A stretch of 64,000 nt of DNA from an uncultured Fibrobacterota bacterium. Lineage in GTDB: Bacteria > Fibrobacterota > Chitinivibrionia > Chitinivibrionales > FEN-1185. Position numbers and translations under genes: made by a program. Location: positions 64,001 through 128,000 of the forward strand of contig CAVWBU010000019.1 of the NCBI GenBank assembly GCA_963753345.1, read 5' to 3'. Below are positions 9,481-19,507 of the stretch, piece after piece (position 1 is the first letter of the stretch; every line of letters begins with the position of its first letter). Below the pieces are notes generated by a model that ran no database searches, was not told the DNA's origin, and saw only the letters and a program-made list of their open reading frames with translations.

Positions 9481-10512
9481 TCATGACTCCTTTTTCAGAA
9501 GATCAGCGTCGATGTCCGGAGGGTACGCGATGTCCGCCGTGCAAGCCTTTTTGCACCTGCCGCAGCCCACGCAGCCGGCAAGCCCGAGTTTTTCCAGAAG
9601 GTATTTCTGTTTTCGGTACAGCCGGTGCCGGATTCGGTCGGCGGCTTTTTTGCGGAAGTTATGGCCGCCCGCGCACACGGCAAAAGGCTCGAGCACGCAC
9701 GCGTCCCACGTGCGGAACCGCAGCCCGTAATTGAAGGAGAGGTCGAGTTCGTCGAGCATGTCGAAGCAGTAACAGGTGGGGCACACCGTGACGCAGGAAC
9801 CGCAGGAAAAGCATTGTGCGCCCCGCGTCTCCCATACCGGGTGGCGCTCCTTTCCGTCAAGAAAGGAGGGAAGCGCGTCGCGCTTCACCTGGAGCGTCAC
9901 CGTGTCCTTCACCGCGGTCTTGGCCTTCTCGGCCTTGGCCTTGATATCCGCGCCCGCCGGCGTTGCCGCGCTTGCGGAGAAGAATTCCTTGCCGCGGTCG
10001 GAAACGATTTCCACGGCATAGGAGGAGTCGCCCATGTCAACAAGAAAAGCGTCGGCCGCGAGATAGGGTTCTTCGGGCTTTATCATGGACGATGTAAAGC
10101 GGTATGCGCCTGGTTTTGTGGGATAAATCCCCACGAGCGTGGTCTTTTCCCTGCGCGTGCAGTAGTTCGCGTCGATGTTCCCCTCGGTAAATGCCTTGTC
10201 GAGCATGGCGATGGCGGCGAGGTCGCCGGGATGAATGCCGATAATTGCCTGGTCCTTCTCCGCGTACACGGGCTCGCACGAGGACGCGTCCTTGGGCGCG
10301 TAGGACAGCACAGGGTCCCTGGGCGGAAAAAGATATTGCTTCGGCGAGTACATGGTTTCGTCGAAGTCAAGCCTGAGGTCGGCGCCTGAAGCAAGCCTGT
10401 CGTACGTGAAACGGCCGTCTTTCTGCACCACGCCGAACAGGTCAAGGGGACCGGCGGCGAGCGTTCCCACAAAATCCAGGAATTCCTTTTTTGAGATCAG
10501 CAAAAGTTCCAT
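9481..10512 (-). CDS. hydB: sulfhydrogenase beta subunit (4Fe-4S dicluster)
   Basis: CFSCGSCVTVCPTCYCF, RTWDAC, CVGCGRCKKAC. Confidence 0.92.
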   Translation of the reverse strand: MELLLISKKEFLDFVGTLAAGPLDLFGVVQKDGRFTYDRLASGADLRLDFDETMYSPKQYLFPPRDPVLSYAPKDASSCEPVYAEKDQAIIGIHPGDLAAIAMLDKAFTEGNIDANYCTRREKTTLVGIYPTKPGAYRFTSSMIKPEEPYLAADAFLVDMGDSSYAVEIVSDRGKEFFSASAATPAGADIKAKAEKAKTAVKDTVTLQVKRDALPSFLDGKERHPVWETRGAQCFSCGSCVTVCPTCYCFDMLDELDLSFNYGLRFRTWDACVLEPFAVCAGGHNFRKKAADRIRHRLYRKQKYLLEKLGLAGCVGCGRCKKACTADIAYPPDIDADLLKKES

Positions 10513-10574
10513 AAATGGTTCTTTCCATTCTCATGTGGCAAATCGCGGGAACGATTCGGAAAGGGGTTGCTCTT

Positions 10575-10592
10575 GTGTGACTTCTTTCACAA
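10575..10592. promoter_or_regulatory. Rex/CRP-like palindromic operator upstream of the hydrogenase operon
   Basis: gTGTGActtcttTCACAa = TGTGA-N6-TCACA, ~64 bp upstream of the hydB start. Confidence 0.5.
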
Positions 10593-10694
10593 AACAAGGT
10601 CTAAGTAAAGAAAGCTCAAAATAATTCATTGCTGGATTTAGTTAAAGATAAAGAGGGATGCAAGACGAGATGAAGAATTAATACAAAAGAGTTC

Positions 10695-10901
10695 GGTGGG
10701 GGCACCGCTTCGCGTTTCCCCCTGGCCCCCGGCTTCCGCCGCACCTCAATTGCCACGTAACAATGCATCAAGCGGTGCGGCGGCGATCCGGGGCACACCC
10801 CCTCCAGCGGAAACACGCACGAGGCGCATCGCTTGCGCAATGCGCGTGTCGTGTTCCCGCAACGCCTTCTATAAGGTATGCCGCTTCGCGGCGATGAAAA
10901 C
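10695..10901. repeat. structured repeat family C, copy 1 (candidate structured ncRNA or ssDNA element)
   Basis: Aligns over ~190-200 nt with 30140-30324, with compensatory stem changes. Confidence 0.8.
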
Positions 10902-10986
10902 ACACGCAGAGGACATCCATGTGAATTTATATTTACTAAAGGCAAAGAGATATTAAGCTCAAGCATATTTCTAAACTGAGGCGTTT

Positions 10987-13900
10987 GTGAATATCGCAGG
11001 TATTCTGACAAAAATCTCTTCCTGGGAAGAGTTCAGGCGGGAAGTGCGCGGCCTGAGCGACAAGGGAAAAGGCGACGCCTTTGAACTGCTCACCCAGTAT
11101 TACTTGAGGATTGAGCCGCGGTATGCCACAAAGCTTTCAAAAGTCTGGCGCCTTTCCGAAGTGCCGTTAAGGATCACGGAAAAACTCCGGCTGCCTCCGG
11201 CAGACAAGGGCATTGATCTAATCGCCGAGACAAAAGACGGTGAATACTGGGCTGTCCAGTGCAAATACCGCGAGGACCAGACACATTCGCTTACGTGGCG
11301 CGAGCTTTCCACCTTTACCGGCTTGGCCTTTACGGTCTGTAAAGGAATCTCCTTCGGCCTTGTCTGCACCAATACCGAACGATTCACCGGAGTTCTCAAA
11401 CATCAGGATAAAATCGGGTTCTGTACGCTCGATACCTGGATAGATCTGGATAAAACATTTTTCAGGAACATCCGGGCATTGCTGTACGCACCGTCCGGAA
11501 AAGATAACGCCCCTGCGGCCGCGTCCGCACCAGAAAAAAGCCATCACTGAAGCCTCCCGGCATTTTGCAAAGCGCCGCCAGAAACGCGGAAAACTCATAA
11601 TGCCCTGCGGCACGGGGAAAAGCCTTGCAGCATTCTGGATCGCCAGAAAACTAAAAGCCAGAAAAATCCTTATTGCAGTGCCCAGTCTTGCGCTTATCAG
11701 GCAGACCCTTAAAGTCTGGCTCAGGGAGGCAATTGCCCATAACCAGCCAATAGAATGGCTGTGTGTGTGCAGCGATGAAACCGCCGGAAAAATAGGGCAG
11801 GATGATGTGTCGGTGCTCAAGCAGGATCTCGGCGTACCGTGCTTTACAAATCCAAAAGAAATCGCGGCAAAGCTTAAAACACAAGCGCAGGGCCTTACTG
11901 TTGTTTTTACCACCTACCAGAGCGGCAAAGCCATTGCCGATGCTTCACGGAAGACCGGCTACTCATTCGACCTGGGCATAATGGACGAGGCGCATAAAAC
12001 CGTTGGCGCAAAAGACAAACTGTTCACGCATCTGCTTTACGACCGGAACATTACAATCCGCAAGCGGATTTTCATGACCGCAACGGAACGCCGGTACATA
12101 GGCCAGAGCGACGAAATCGCCAGCATGGAAGACGAGAAAATGTACGGCGACACCTTTTCCCTTCTGTCCTTCAAGGAAGCCCTTGAATACAAACCGCCCA
12201 TACTGAGCGATTACCGGATCATCACCATCGCGGTTTCGCGGGATGAGGTCGCAGACCTCATAAAAAAGAATCTGTTTGTAAGGCCCGACAAAGGCCCGTG
12301 GGACCGCGAAGTCGAGGCGGAAATGCTCGCCTCGCTTGTTGCGCTTCGCAAGGCAATGAAGAAATACCCCATCAGGCACGCGGTCTCCTTCCACAGCAGC
12401 ATACAACGGGCCAGGGTGTTCCAGGAAAACAGCGACGCATTTACAAAAGCGTTCCCCAAATACGGCAAGCTCGAAGCTTTCCATGTTTCCGGCAAAACGC
12501 CTACGGGCACGCGCGCAAGGACACTCGACGATTTTAAAAATGCCTCCCGCGCCCTGATCACCAATGCCCGGTGCCTCACGGAAGGCGTGGACGTGCCGGA
12601 CATAGACTGCGTTCTGTTCGCAGACCCGCGTAAAAGCACCATAGACATCGTGCAGGCAGTGGGCCGGGCGCTCAGACCGGCAAAGGGAAAAGCGCGGGGA
12701 TACGTTGTTATCCCGATTCTCCATGACTCGCGGATGAAAAGCGAGGAATTCCTTGAAAGCGAAGAGTTCAAGGAAGTGCTGACGACGCTACGGGCGCTGG
12801 CGTCGAATGATGACAGGATTATCGAGTTTTTCCGGGCAGTGAGCAAGGGAAGACGGGTTGGAAGGGGCGGGATTGTTGAGTTTGATGTTGATGAAAGATT
12901 GGGAAGAAAGATTAAGATTGATGAGTTTGTTAAGGCGGTGGAGTTGAAGTGCTGGAGCAGGTTAGCGAGGCTGAGTTGGAGGGAGTTTGAAGAGGCGAGG
13001 GGGTTTGTACATAAATTGAATCTCAAGAGCGAAGCCGAATGGCGTGCATATTGCAAAGGTCGGATTCAAGGTAAGCCTAGGAAACCCGATGATATTCCGG
13101 CACACCCAGGTCACATTTATCGCGGCAACGGTTGGGTTGGCATGGGCGACTGGTTAGGAACGGGAACCATTGCACCACGACTACGGGTATACCGTCCATT
13201 TAGGCAAGCACGAGCCTTTGTGCACGGTTTGAAACTTCACGACAGAAAGGAATGGAGCGCATATTGTAAAGGCCAGCTACGAGGCAAACGCAAGAAACCA
13301 AATGACATTCCAGCCAGTCCAGTTAAGACCTACTGGGGCAAAGGTTGGATTTCTATAGGTGATTGGCTGGGAACAGGAGCAATCGCCACATTCATGCGTA
13401 AATTCCGCGCCTTTAAGCTGAGCACGTTCGTTCTCGCGAGGTTTGGAACTCAAGAATGTAACCGAGTGGCATGCATATTGTGGAGGCCAGCTACAAGGCA
13501 AACGCCCAAAACCAATTGATATCCCGAGTAATCCGCAAAAAAGTTACGTGGGAAAAGGATGGGTGAATTGGGGTGATTGGTTAGGAACAGGAAATGTGGC
13601 AAATACATTACGGGTTTTTCAACCTTTCAAACGCGCCCACGCCTTTGCCCGCAGTTTGAAGCTAAAGAGCGAAGCTAAGTGGCGCTCATATTGTGAAAAT
13701 AAGTTACCGGGTAAACCAAAAAAGCCAGATGATATTCCGATCTATCCAGGAGATATATACCATGGGAAAGGTTGGGTTGGTATTGGCGACTGGCTAGGAA
13801 CAGGAACAATTCCGCCACGTTTACGCACATTTCGGCCATTCAAACAAGCCCATGCTTTTGCTCGCCGTTTGAAACTCAAGAGCGGAACTGAGTGGCGTGC

Positions 13901-14495
13901 ATATTGTAAAGGTCAGCTTAAAGGCAAACCTAAAAAACCCGATGATATTCCGGCTAATCCAGATAAGTATTACCGAGGTGAAGGTTGGGTTAGTAGGGGT
14001 GACTGGCTGGGTACAGGAAGAATTGCAGATCATTTACGCATCTACAGGCCGTTCAAACAAGCACGCGGCTTTGTGCGTGCTTTGAAACTAAAAAGTGGAG
14101 ATGAATGGAAGGCATATTGCAAAGGCCAATTACGAGGTAAAACAAAGAAACCAGATGATATTCCGGCTCATCCAGAAAGAACTTATTGCAGTAAAGGGTG
14201 GAATCGTATGGGCGACTGGCTGGGAACGGGCACCATTGCACCCGGTCTAAGGGTATATCGCTCCTTCATACAAGCTCGCGCTTTTGTCCATAGATTGAAA
14301 CTAAAAACCGGAGATGAGTGGAAAACCTATTGCAAGGGTCTGCTAGAAGGCAAACCAAGAAAACCTCATGATATTCCAATTGCCTCGGATCAGGTATATC
14401 GAGATAAAGGCTGGCGAGGTATGAAAGACTGGTTGGGAACTGAAAAACGTATTTTTTCAAAAAGAAAAAATAGAAATCAAAGTAAAGAACTTTAA
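10987..14495 (+). CDS. Mrr-like restriction endonuclease + SF2 (DEAH) helicase + seven 71-aa C-terminal tandem repeats; split by single extra bases at ~11487 and 13421
   Basis: Nuclease KGDAFE..DKGIDL..AVQCK; Q motif PRPHQ in the shifted frame; Walker [27 protein letters not shown]. Removing two bases joins ORFs 10987-11550, 11600-13519 and 13443-14495 into ~1168 aa. Confidence 0.85.
12977..14460 (+). repeat. seven 213-nt (71-aa) coding tandem repeats
   Basis: Unit consensus (F/Y)[62 protein letters not shown]. Confidence 0.9.
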
Positions 14496-15064
14496 GCAAC
14501 GCCCCTTCCATGGCACTTTTTGTACTTCTTCCCGCTACCGCAAGGACAAGGATCGTTTCTGCCGACCCTGGGTAAGAGGGATTGGTTTTGTTTCATTTTT
14601 TCTTCGTGGCCTTTAACAAAGTCGATGCACTCTACGGACGGCATTCTAAAAGAAAAAACCGTCTGGCCGTCTTTATTTGTGACCGCAAAATCCCCGCTAT
14701 TTATTATGTCCATTCCTATGAGAACATCCGTTCCTGTCAAAACCCCCTGAGTGACTTGCAATATCGGAATCACAATCTTATTCGGTAATCCAATACTCAC
14801 ATAGTAGGTGGGAACCGTATCCGTACCGCTTGCAGTATGGACTCTTGCCATGCCGGTAGGCTTGAGATTGCAGGACTGGACAACATTTCTTGAAATTACT
14901 GTTCGTGTTGCTCCCGTGTCCCATATTGCCTTAAAGGGCTTGTGGTCGCCTTTAGGCGGAGGGGATTTAGGATCGAACGGGGAACCAATATGGGCAGGTG
15001 TTGCTAAGACATTGGCTATTTTGTCAAGACGTGCTGTAAAACCGAAGACCTTTACTTGGGGCAT
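14492..15064 (-). CDS. retropepsin-like (clan AA) aspartic protease with C-terminal SEC-C zinc motif
   Basis: AIWDTGAT catalytic motif, [27 protein letters not shown]. Confidence 0.88.
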   Translation of the reverse strand: MPQVKVFGFTARLDKIANVLATPAHIGSPFDPKSPPPKGDHKPFKAIWDTGATRTVISRNVVQSCNLKPTGMARVHTASGTDTVPTYYVSIGLPNKIVIPILQVTQGVLTGTDVLIGMDIINSGDFAVTNKDGQTVFSFRMPSVECIDFVKGHEEKMKQNQSLLPRVGRNDPCPCGSGKKYKKCHGRGVA

Positions 15065-15075
15065 CTAGAAAAGGC

Positions 15076-15312
15076 CTATATAAAAGCAAAGCGTGAGTGG
15101 TAGGTCGCGGAAAACGACTCGTCTCCGGGCACACATTTTTGAACCAGAAAGGTACCGATTTCGCAATTTTCTTTTGTCTTGTTGATAGCTTCAAGTTCTG
15201 AGGAATAATCGCCAATTACTTGGCAATCCTTGATTACAATAAACCGGCCATTGTATTTCTGGACCAGTTCATTTTGATGATCAAGATAATATTGAAATTC
15301 TTTTTCTAACAT
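15076..15312 (-). CDS. small protein (DUF5678-like) co-transcribed with the aspartic protease
   Basis: 78 aa, EFQYYLDHQNELVQKYNGRFIVIKDCQVIG; GAGG RBS; 11 bp upstream of the protease. Confidence 0.7.
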   Translation of the reverse strand: MLEKEFQYYLDHQNELVQKYNGRFIVIKDCQVIGDYSSELEAINKTKENCEIGTFLVQKCVPGDESFSATYHSRFAFI

Positions 15313-15497
15313 GACCTCATCTCCCTAAATGGAAACGCTCTATCAACTCTTGCTCTATTTGTTATTTCGGTTGGTTCAACAAGATATTTAGCGGTGGTTT
15401 CAAATATAGTATAATTCTGTGGCCTCATATGATGAATTTCAAGATGCCCGCCATGCGCTTACGAATTTTCGATCACACTCCTGTTGTATGTCTTTCG

Positions 15498-15633
15498 CGC
15501 CAGGCCGGAACGTAGGCCGCGTTAGAACGCGGTGCCGCCCGGACACGCCGCGAAGCGGCCTAGTGCCGTGGCGGCCGGAGGCCGAAGGCCGAGACCGGAG
15601 CGAGGGCCGCCGCTGCAAAGCAGCGGGGCGCCC
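15498..15633 (+). repeat. GC-rich palindromic repeat family A copy
   Basis: Blocks GGTGCCGCCCGGAC, GGCCGAGACCGGA and GCCGCYGCAAAGCRGCGGGGCGCCCA shared with 21609-21752, 28324-28503 and 40224-40398. Confidence 0.8.
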
Positions 15634-15988
15634 AGAATTTTTATTCTGGTCGAGTATGGTATTTATTGATTCAATCCCTTCAAACATCTTCTTCAAGTTA
15701 TTTTACTCCTCAATAAAAACCATTACAAGAAATAGAACTTCACAAAATCACCAAGAAAGAACACCTATCACAACCTCTGCGGAATGCCGCTTCACGGCGA
15801 TTATTCAGTAGGACACAATCTCTTTCTTCAATTATTGTATGTCAATGAATTGTGAACATACAATCAAGCATTTGTCTTCTGCGCTTGCGCCAGGTTGGAC
15901 TGAAGGGGACGCCAGAGCGCATTGTCACTTCGTTCCCTAATGTATGGAAATAGCGCTTCGCGCTTCACAATTAAATTGTTTGCCTTAT

Positions 15989-16143
15989 GCCGGCCGACGA
16001 CCCTTGGAAGCACCCGACGGGGTGCCCCGCCGACAGGCATAGGGGCGGACCGGCAACGAGGCGAACAGCCGAGCCCGGAAGGAAGACCCCGCCCAACAGG
16101 AAGGGCGGAGCAGGTTCCGCCGCCGTCTTCGGCGGGGCGCCCA
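15989..16143 (+). repeat. repeat family A variant copy
   Basis: GGCCGACGACCCTTGGAAGCACCCGA shared with the 40224 copy; GGCGGACCGGCAACGAGGCGAACAGCCGAGCCCGGA shared with the 40510 copy; ends in GGGGCGCCCA. Confidence 0.75.
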
Positions 16144-16204
16144 TTATTTTCTTAATAACCAGAAAAAATCAAGAAACTTCATCAAGAAAGAACCAAATAC
16201 TCCC

Positions 16205-17881
16205 ATGCCCGAAAAATTCGTCTACTTCATGAACAGAATGACCAAGATCTTCCTTCCCAAAAAGGAAGTACTCAAGGAAATTTCTTTATCATTCTATTAT
16301 GGCGCCAAGATCGGGATCATCGGCATCAACGGCTCGGGCAAGAGCACGCTCATGCGCATCATGGCAGGCATCGACGCCGAATTTCTGGGCGAGGCATGGA
16401 TCGAGCAGGGCCGCACCGTGGGCTATCTGCCGCAGGAACCGGTGCTCGACGAGGCGCTTGACGTAAGGGGAAATGTCGAAAAGGCCGTTGCGCACAAGCG
16501 CGCCCTGCTCACGGAGTTCGAAGACATTTCGGCGAAGTTCGGCGAGCCGATGTCCGATGACGAAATGCAGAAACTGCTGGACAAACAGGCAAGGCTCCAG
16601 GACAAGATAGATACCGACAATTTATGGGAACTCGACCGGCACATGGAAATAGCCATGGACGCTTTGCGGCTGCCGCCGCCGGACACGGCGGTCACCACGC
16701 TGTCGGGCGGGGAAAAGCGGCGCGTTGCCCTGTGCCGGCTTCTGCTCGAAGAACCGGACCTCCTGCTTCTTGACGAACCGACCAACCACCTTGATGCGGA
16801 ATCCGTTGCCTGGCTCGAACGGCACCTCAAGGAATACAAAGGTTCGGTGATCCTCACCACGCACGACCGCTACTTTCTCGACAACGTGGTGGGCTGGATT
16901 CTCGAGCTTGACAGGGGGAGAGGCATCCCCTGGCAGGGAAACTACTCATCGTGGCTCGAACAGAAAACGCAGCGCATGGAACAGGAGGAGCGCGAGGAAA
17001 GTACCCGACGCGTGCGCCTCAAAAAGGAGCTCGATTGGATACACCTTTCGCAAAGGGCAAGGCAGGCAAAGGGCAAGGCGCGGCTCAATGCGTACGAGGA
17101 ACTGCGCAGCCAGGAAACGCCGGAAAAACTCACCACGGCAACCATTGTGATTCCGCAGGGCCCAAGGCTTGGCGACCTTGTGATCCGCGCGGAAAACTTG
17201 AGCAAGGCATACGGCGACAAGCTGCTGTTTGAAAACATGAACTTCAATTTGCCGCGCTCGGGCATCGTGGGGATCATAGGCCCGAACGGCGCGGGCAAGA
17301 CCACGCTGTGCAGGATCATCACGGGCCAGGAAAGGGCGGACGCGGGGAAGCTTGTCATCGGGGAATCAGTGCAGCTTTCCTACGTAGATCAGAACCGCGA
17401 CGCGCTCAACCCGGACAACACCATTTTCCAGGAGATCACGCGCGGCCTTGACATCATACGGCTTGGCAAACTGGAAATGAACTCGCGCGCCTACGTGGGC
17501 AGGTTCAATTTCTCCGGCTCTGACCAGCAGAAGCCCATCAGGGACTGCTCCGGCGGCGAGCGGAACCGCGTGCACCTTGCCAAGCTCCTTCAGACCGGCG
17601 GCAACGTCCTCTTGCTCGACGAACCCACCAACGACCTCGACGTGGAGACGCTCCAGGCGCTCGAACAGGCCATCCTCGATTTTTCCGGCTGCGTGGTGGT
17701 CATCACCCATGACCGGTGGTTCCTCAACCGCATCGCCACGCACGTCCTGGCGTTTGAAGGCGAAAGCCAGGTGCACTGGTACGAAGGGAACTTTGCCGAC
17801 TACGAAGAGGCGAGAAAGGTGAGACTCGGGATCGATGCGGAGCAACCGAAGAGGATTAAGTATAAAAAGCTGGTGAGGTGA
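16205..17881 (+). CDS. ettA: energy-dependent translational throttle protein EttA (ABC-F)
   Basis: 558 aa, two ABC domains, LSFYYGAKIG, GRGIPWQGNYSSWLEQK, ends in RIKYKKL. Confidence 0.95.
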   Translation: MPEKFVYFMNRMTKIFLPKKEVLKEISLSFYYGAKIGIIGINGSGKSTLMRIMAGIDAEFLGEAWIEQGRTVGYLPQEPVLDEALDVRGNVEKAVAHKRALLTEFEDISAKFGEPMSDDEMQKLLDKQARLQDKIDTDNLWELDRHMEIAMDALRLPPPDTAVTTLSGGEKRRVALCRLLLEEPDLLLLDEPTNHLDAESVAWLERHLKEYKGSVILTTHDRYFLDNVVGWILELDRGRGIPWQGNYSSWLEQKTQRMEQEEREESTRRVRLKKELDWIHLSQRARQAKGKARLNAYEELRSQETPEKLTTATIVIPQGPRLGDLVIRAENLSKAYGDKLLFENMNFNLPRSGIVGIIGPNGAGKTTLCRIITGQERADAGKLVIGESVQLSYVDQNRDALNPDNTIFQEITRGLDIIRLGKLEMNSRAYVGRFNFSGSDQQKPIRDCSGGERNRVHLAKLLQTGGNVLLLDEPTNDLDVETLQALEQAILDFSGCVVVITHDRWFLNRIATHVLAFEGESQVHWYEGNFADYEEARKVRLGIDAEQPKRIKYKKLVR

Positions 17882-17978
17882 GACAAGTGAACTGCGACCT
17901 TTGCAAGAGGGAGAAAGGGCGATTTGAATATAACAATCTCGCTTTCGAGTGCGAGAAGTAGAGGATTCTTAATCAACC

Positions 17979-19019
17979 TTAAGAATGTGATAGCACTCTA
18001 GTCAAGACGTCGACAAAGACTTTTGAATCGAGAAAGTAGTTCGGATATGCTCGGCGCAATGAATCCAAAGAATCAACCGACACAAGTACAGCATCAGTAG
18101 CAGGTCGATTTGTGTTGGACTGTTCCACTGATAAGTATTCTTCCGAAGCCTTATTAAGGTCTTCCTTTTTAAAACCGGCAACCTGAACGCGGTTATTAAC
18201 AGGGTCAAGGTTGAGAAGCAAATAATCTGCATTTTTCGCATTTTGTGTTTCCGAAACCTGTAATGCATACCCAAAACCTTCAAGGCGTCGTGCGACCTGA
18301 ATTCGATTTGCGTAATCGCGTAGCTCGTTTAGTAGTTCTGTCTTTTGAGTCGGGGTATCGGGGACAAGAGTAGTAGCTTCCTCATTAGCCATTACGCTGC
18401 CCATGAGAGAAAAAAAACGTTTCCAGTTTTCATCTCCAATGCTTGATTTTAATGCTTGGTTAGTAAGAGTACCAACCGTTTCAACTGTGGTGGCCCACGC
18501 GTGTTGAAGGAAAGTTCGGATTTGAATTTCGATCTTCAGGTCATTGTAGTGCTTATATTTTTTATCACTGTAGTAACGATAGACAAGATGGATACCACGA
18601 TAACCAGATGGTTTCGGGTTTCTGATATAGTCTTTCGCTCCAACTAATTTGTGTTTTAAGTGACCCTTCTTATACATACTCACGATCTTATCTACGCTCC
18701 TGATATCTTTCACAATGGCTCGACACCCGCCGATGTCCTGCATTTGAGGCAGCTTCATACTTGGTAGCAGCTCTAATTTTAACTTAATAGAATAGAGGCG
18801 TTTGATACGTTGGGCAATAAGCACATGTGGGTCAACTTGCCTTGCTTTTGAGCGAAGCCCATTTTGAAATACATTTAGAGGATAGTAATGGCATGCACGC
18901 CAATTGTTGATCACTTGGAGGGTTTCTTCAAGCAAAGCTGGCCGAGTATGCGGATTAACTAGCTCATCCCCAGCAGATTCTACCCGAGCTCTTGAATATT
19001 GTAGGGTTGCCCATTCCAT
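17979..19019 (-). CDS. RelA/SpoT small alarmone synthetase-domain protein, CapRel-like fused toxin-antitoxin
   Basis: QRIKRLYSI, MQDIGGCR, DYIRNPKPSGYRGIH, EIQIRTFLQHAWA; C-terminal VLVS..SLRRAYPNYFLD (YxxY); lower GC than flanks. Confidence 0.85.
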   Translation of the reverse strand: MEWATLQYSRARVESAGDELVNPHTRPALLEETLQVINNWRACHYYPLNVFQNGLRSKARQVDPHVLIAQRIKRLYSIKLKLELLPSMKLPQMQDIGGCRAIVKDIRSVDKIVSMYKKGHLKHKLVGAKDYIRNPKPSGYRGIHLVYRYYSDKKYKHYNDLKIEIQIRTFLQHAWATTVETVGTLTNQALKSSIGDENWKRFFSLMGSVMANEEATTLVPDTPTQKTELLNELRDYANRIQVARRLEGFGYALQVSETQNAKNADYLLLNLDPVNNRVQVAGFKKEDLNKASEEYLSVEQSNTNRPATDAVLVSVDSLDSLRRAYPNYFLDSKVFVDVLTRVLSHS

Positions 19020-19171
19020 TCTTTGGCCTGTCAGCCTTTGCTGGTCTAAGAGATCTTTGTTACTCGGTCCCCGGCCTTGTATTTCGCACCATTCATTTCA
19101 TTCTCAATGGATAATATAGGTGCTACCGCTCCCCATTGTCAAAGCGGAAAATACGGCGGCGCGCCGTCAAC

Positions 19172-19507
19172 CTAATACACGCACGCATCGAGGATTGCCA
19201 GCACGTCGGCCAGAAGATGCGGCGGAGCCTTGTCGATGAACTTTGCGCTTCGCGCGACAAAATCCACCGACTTGACCTGGTCGACCATGACAAAACCGGT
19301 GAGGACGCAACTCTCGGGGACCTTGACATGAAAAGGGATTTTTCTGTCTGTGTTTGTAAGGGGACAGACCATGGCGAGGCCGGTTCGCTGATTAAAGAGA
19401 TCGTTACTGATGACGAGAGCTGGCCTACGGCCTCTTTGTTCGTGTCCCGACTGAGGATCAAATGTCAGAGCAACAAAGTCTCCTTTGCGAGGGGTGTAGT
19501 GCGGCAT
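19172..19507 (-). CDS. mazF: MazF/PemK endoribonuclease toxin
   Basis: YTPRKGD, FDPQSGHEQRGRRPALVIS, DQVKSVD; start probably MPHYTP at 19507. Confidence 0.92.
   Translation of the reverse strand: MPHYTPRKGDFVALTFDPQSGHEQRGRRPALVISNDLFNQRTGLAMVCPLTNTDRKIPFHVKVPESCVLTGFVMVDQVKSVDFVARSAKFIDKAPPHLLADVLAILDACVY

Noticed and set aside
11480-13425. Programmed ribosomal frameshifting in the helicase gene
   Set aside because: No slippery heptamer at either site, and the same kind of indel hits unrelated genes across the window.
10987-14495. Complete type ISP or type I/III restriction-modification system
   Set aside because: No methyltransferase motifs (FxGxG, NPPY/DPPY) in the gene or its neighbours.
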